A DNA stretch of 64,000 nt from Bythopirellula sp. Its GTDB lineage: Bacteria > Planctomycetota > Planctomycetia > Pirellulales > Lacipirellulaceae. The translations under genes were made by a program, and so were the position numbers. Numbering within the stretch: position 1 is the first letter of the stretch; each line of letters begins with the position of its first letter. The stretch spans positions 2,080,001-2,144,000 of the forward strand of contig OZ244170.1 in assembly GCA_965216565.1 (NCBI GenBank). The letters are read 5' to 3'. Below, piece after piece: positions 60,221 to 64,000 of the stretch. The notes beneath the pieces are model-generated. The model was given only the letters and a program-made list of their open reading frames with translations. It did no database searches and had not been told where the DNA came from.

Positions 60221-61615
60221 TCAGGCTAGGCTAGGCTCGCCCAGGTACTTTTCTCTACTCGGTCGCGACATCAGTTGGTTTGCCATGGGATTGTCAATAA
60301 AGATTTCCTTGGTCGGATCCCACTGCAAGTCTTCGCCTACCATCAATGCGATATTGCACATGTGGCAACTTGTCATCGTGCGGTGATGCGAGTAGACGTC
60401 CGAAATAGGCTCAGTTCGGTCTTTGACGCATTCAAAGAAGTTTTGCATATGTGAGGTGATCGGCTTGTTTTTGTACAACTTCGCCATCCGATCTTCGAGA
60501 TCCTTCTTATCGGCCTCGGTTAGCTCCTCGACCGGTTTTCCAGTCAACTTACCGCGGTTCACGAAGATCCGCCCCCCACTACCTTCGAATAGAATCCCAT
60601 TGGGGAATTTTGTCCGGCCATCTTCCGATTCGTACTCGTCGTTGACGTTCAGGACAGAGCCATTCTCAAATGTTAGGTCTAGATTGAAGTGCGTGGCAGC
60701 ATTGTAACCGTTATCAAGGTCCTGTTCCCCTGCAAAGAAACTGGCCCAATCAAAACCCGCGGGCACCACATCGCCAAAACTGCCCGTGCCACTGATCTTC
60801 ACTGGGCCACTGTGATCCATACCGATGGCCCACTGAGCAATATCAATATGATGGGCCCCCCAATCCGTCATTTTTCCGCCCGAGTATTCCATATACCAGC
60901 GGAAGAACTTGTGCCGCTGGAGCGAATAGTCCGCCGATTTAGCAGGGCCCAACCAGAAGTCCCAATCTAGCTTTTCCGGCACAGCGGTATTCGGGAATGG
61001 CCCTTCACCGGGAGCAGCCCCAATTGCTATGTGCGCGTTGATATTGTCGCCAATGTAACCACCCTGAACCATCGCAATGGCTTTGAGAAAATTCCGATCC
61101 ATTTCGGTACGTTGCTGGGTTCCTACTTGGAATACCTGTCCAGTTTCCTTTGCAACTTTGCAAATCTGCTTGCCTTCGTTGATGGTCAGAGTGAGTGGTT
61201 TTTCACAATAGACGTCGCAACCAGCTCGCAGAGCATAGGCTGCAATCGGAACGTGCCAATGATCGTTTGTTCCGATGACAACGATGTCTGGCCGCTCTTT
61301 GTCGATCATCTTGCGGTAGTCGACATATTCCGCAAGTTTGCCCTCGAATAACTGGTCTGCGTTGAACTCGGCACTGTGGAGCTGATCCACATCGCATACG
61401 GCAATGGTCTTGCCGAATCTGGCGGCTTGCCGAGCTATCTTTCCCCCGCGGTTGTAACGTCCTCGGCTACCACCTACACCAATAGCGGCGATCGTTAGGT
61501 TGTCGTCGTAAAGACTATCGGCCGCAGCTGCGCTGGTCCAAGAGTAAGGGACGCCTGCCAGGGCTCCTGCTGCAGCAGTGGTACTCTTCAGAAAATGCCT
61601 TCGAGACGTGATCAT
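60221..61615 (-). CDS. Tat-exported Gfo/Idh/MocA family NAD(P)-dependent oxidoreductase
   Basis: SRRHFLK twin-arginine signal, IGVGG, DHWH, YCEKPLT, QVGTQQR and [13 protein letters not shown]. Confidence 0.93.
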   Translation of the reverse strand: MITSRRHFLKSTTAAAGALAGVPYSWTSAAAADSLYDDNLTIAAIGVGGSRGRYNRGGKIARQAARFGKTIAVCDVDQLHSAEFNADQLFEGKLAEYVDYRKMIDKERPDIVVIGTNDHWHVPIAAYALRAGCDVYCEKPLTLTINEGKQICKVAKETGQVFQVGTQQRTEMDRNFLKAIAMVQGGYIGDNINAHIAIGAAPGEGPFPNTAVPEKLDWDFWLGPAKSADYSLQRHKFFRWYMEYSGGKMTDWGAHHIDIAQWAIGMDHSGPVKISGTGSFGDVVPAGFDWASFFAGEQDLDNGYNAATHFNLDLTFENGSVLNVNDEYESEDGRTKFPNGILFEGSGGRIFVNRGKLTGKPVEELTEADKKDLEDRMAKLYKNKPITSHMQNFFECVKDRTEPISDVYSHHRTMTSCHMCNIALMVGEDLQWDPTKEIFIDNPMANQLMSRPSREKYLGEPSLA

Positions 61616-61768
61616 AAAAGATTCCTGTTTTGAGCGAGTACTGTTTACGAGCGTAGATTGCTAGGTTTGCGTGTTTGTCAGAAAGCTCTGGGCTATTGTG
61701 AAAACTATCCGTTCCTATTGTACTCAGATCCTTGGCAGGCGAGCCTTGTCCGATTTCACCTTTAGCTA

Positions 61769-64000
61769 CTACCTAACGATCAAACGATACTTGCCTGGCG
61801 AGAGTAGGTAGGTCTGTCCATTATCCATTGAGGTTAGTTGCTCTCCTGAATCTCGTCGGACTGATGGTACATCATCAGATGTCCGTGGTGGCTTGAAAGT
61901 GGCAGTCGTATTGGGTGGCACAATGGCCGTCACCACTAGACCGTCTGACTCCTTTTCCCAGCCGCAGAATGCTTGTCCGTAGGGCGTCTCGAGCGAAGCC
62001 GAGGCAGACTCAAGCGGGCCGCCAGGATTAGGCTGAAGAAAAAAGTGCTTGTAGCCAGGATTCTTGGGATCGGGTGCCAATCCTGCAATGCGTTCGTACA
62101 TCCACTGCCCAATTGCACCATATGCATAGTGGTTGAACGAGTTCATGGACGCACTGCCAAAGCCCTCTTTATGACTATAGCTATTCCAGCGCTCCCACAT
62201 TGTGGTAGCCCCTTGATTGATGGAATAAAACCAGGACGGGTAGGTTTCTTTGAACAGCACATCATAGGCCAAGTCCGAGTGTCCCAATTGGTCTAACTGA
62301 GGTGCCAACAGCGGAGTACCGAGAAAGCCAGTGCGGAGGTGGCCATCAGCCTTTTCAATCAGGAGCAAAAGGTTCTCTACCGCCGGCTCTTGAAGCGGAG
62401 GTGTGAGCAGATCAAACGCTATAGCGAGAAGATATCCTGTTTGCGTTTCGTACTTTGATTTCATTCGTCCCTTCTCGTCAAAGTACTCTGTGGAGAACGC
62501 CTGTCGAATCTGTTCGTGCATGGCTTCATACTTTGCCACATCTTCAGTTCGATCTAGCTCCTTCGCGGCCTTCGCCATCAGTGCAGTGCAACGTCCAAAG
62601 TACGCGGTTGCGATCAAATCTAAAGGCGTGTCCGAGCGAGAGTTCTTGGTTTCTGGATAGGGTTGCAGCCAGTCGCCAAAACCTGGGCGACGAACAATGA
62701 AGTTTTTTGCCTCGCGCTCATAAGCTGCAGTCCACTTGGCCATCATTTCATAATTGTCACGAAGCAGGCGTAGATCGCCGGTCCGAACATACACTTCCCA
62801 AGGTCCAACCACCGCTACGTCGCCCCAGCCGGGGCTTCCACCGGGATCGAGCGTATTGGGAATAACATTGGGCACAATTCCGGTGTCTGATTGCTCTTCC
62901 CGAATGCTCTGCAACCAACTCGCCCAAAAGGAATGAACATCGTAGTTGAACAACGAAGTTGGACAAAACACCTGAGCGTCGCCGGTCCAGCCAAGTCGTT
63001 CATCACGCTGAGGACAATCTGTTGGAATATCCAGGTAGTTACCTCGTTGACCCCATGTGATGTTCTGCTGCAGCTTATTGAGCTTCTTGTGGGAGCTCGC
63101 AAAACTGCCCGTTCTGTCAAAATCAGAATGAAGAACAACGCCCTTCACCCAATCCAGGCTGGGCTCAGCCCCTGGAGCAACCCCGCTCACTTCCACATAA
63201 CGAAATCCATGAAATGTAAAAGTCGGCTGCCAATGGGCTATGCCAGTAGTGGCAGGCACGTAATGATCCGTTGACTTCGCGCTTCGATAATTTTCCGTAT
63301 AGAGCGTACCATCGGAGTTCAACATTTCTGCAAAACGGAGCGTGATTGGCTTGTCTTTTTCAGCTGGCACACTGACCCGAGGCCAACCAACAATATTCTG
63401 TCCCAAATCGAATACAAATTTCCCATCCACTGGTTCACTTACTGCGATTGCATTCAACACTTGTGTCACGCGGACTGGGTAGTGTCGTTTGGGTACGAGG
63501 GACACATTGTTGCCCACAGGTTCTGAAACAACTGACGACCATGACGAATCGTCGAAGCCTGCCTTGTTCCAGTCAGGCATCTTTTTTCGAGCGTCGTACT
63601 CCTCGCCATCGTAGATGCCTGAGATCCTTATCGGCCCGTCTATTGAAGCTTTCCAGTTTTCGTCTGTGGCGATTGTTTGCTTGGTTCCGTCTTTGTAGAG
63701 AATTTCAAGCTGGGCAAGGACCATAGGCACGGAGAGCGGATAGGTGTCTTTCTTATGCATCATCTTGCCCGCATACCAACCCTCTCCCAGAATCAAGCCG
63801 ATTGCATTTTCACCCGAACTGAGTAGAGACGTCACGTCGTAGGTAAGCGTCTCGATGCGAGAGTGATAAGGTGTCCAACCAGGAGCCATCTGATCTTCGC
63901 CGACACGCTGGCCATTGAGGTAGGCTTCGAACACTCCTTTGGCCGTAACATACAAACGAGCTGACACTGGAGGCGATGCGACCGTAAATTCTTTGCGATG
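61769..64000 (-). CDS. Glycoside hydrolase family 78 alpha-L-rhamnosidase; partial, 5' end beyond window
   Basis: Frame is open to the edge (HRKEFTVASPPVSARLY); FDLGQN, FTFHGFRY, PTDCPQRDERLGWTGD, TTMWERW and MNSFNHYAYG. Confidence 0.95.
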   Translation of the reverse strand, partial: HRKEFTVASPPVSARLYVTAKGVFEAYLNGQRVGEDQMAPGWTPYHSRIETLTYDVTSLLSSGENAIGLILGEGWYAGKMMHKKDTYPLSVPMVLAQLEILYKDGTKQTIATDENWKASIDGPIRISGIYDGEEYDARKKMPDWNKAGFDDSSWSSVVSEPVGNNVSLVPKRHYPVRVTQVLNAIAVSEPVDGKFVFDLGQNIVGWPRVSVPAEKDKPITLRFAEMLNSDGTLYTENYRSAKSTDHYVPATTGIAHWQPTFTFHGFRYVEVSGVAPGAEPSLDWVKGVVLHSDFDRTGSFASSHKKLNKLQQNITWGQRGNYLDIPTDCPQRDERLGWTGDAQVFCPTSLFNYDVHSFWASWLQSIREEQSDTGIVPNVIPNTLDPGGSPGWGDVAVVGPWEVYVRTGDLRLLRDNYEMMAKWTAAYEREAKNFIVRRPGFGDWLQPYPETKNSRSDTPLDLIATAYFGRCTALMAKAAKELDRTEDVAKYEAMHEQIRQAFSTEYFDEKGRMKSKYETQTGYLLAIAFDLLTPPLQEPAVENLLLLIEKADGHLRTGFLGTPLLAPQLDQLGHSDLAYDVLFKETYPSWFYSINQGATTMWERWNSYSHKEGFGSASMNSFNHYAYGAIGQWMYERIAGLAPDPKNPGYKHFFLQPNPGGPLESASASLETPYGQAFCGWEKESDGLVVTAIVPPNTTATFKPPRTSDDVPSVRRDSGEQLTSMDNGQTYLLSPGKYRLIVR

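Overview
This window looks like Planctomycetota DNA (Pirellulales/Lacipirellulaceae-like), judged from the DUF1559 prepilin-like genes, PEP-CTERM proteins with a PGDFD...DGLDFLxWQ tail and many sulfatases. It has three parts. (1) 1-5555 is a compact divergon. A KamA-family radical-SAM/PLP 2,3-aminomutase faces an operon of RpiR regulator, PcaI/PcaJ-like CoA-transferase, PcaF-like thiolase and a beta-amino-acid (beta-phenylalanine-type) aminotransferase that runs off the left edge and is missing from the ORF track. Together they suggest an apparently undescribed route: alpha-amino acid -> beta-amino acid -> 3-oxo acid -> thiolysis, most simply 2-aminoadipate -> 3-oxoadipate. (2) About 5580-6340 is a junction of gene debris: a Cys-rich plus JAB-like remnant of a prokaryotic ubiquitin-type operon, and an FG-GAP fragment. 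(3) 6390 to the right edge is a polysaccharide-utilisation locus of more than 57 kb for a sulfated, rhamnose-rich glycan (ulvan-like). It holds 7 sulfatases, 3 GH78, 2 GH106, GH3, an atypical GH10, 3 BNR_4 propellers, a PL7/PL28-like lyase, 7 intact PEP-CTERM surface proteins (six share 8 copies of an unnamed ~190-aa module), 3 DUF1559 genes with 3 partner lipoproteins, and an ECF sigma/anti-sigma pair. A bipartite promoter motif, GTC(C/T)A-N17-CGT, occurs 8 times in intergenic DNA, always pointing into the downstream gene. No rRNA, tRNA, CRISPR array or intact mobile element was seen. All family calls come from motif recognition by eye, not from database searches.
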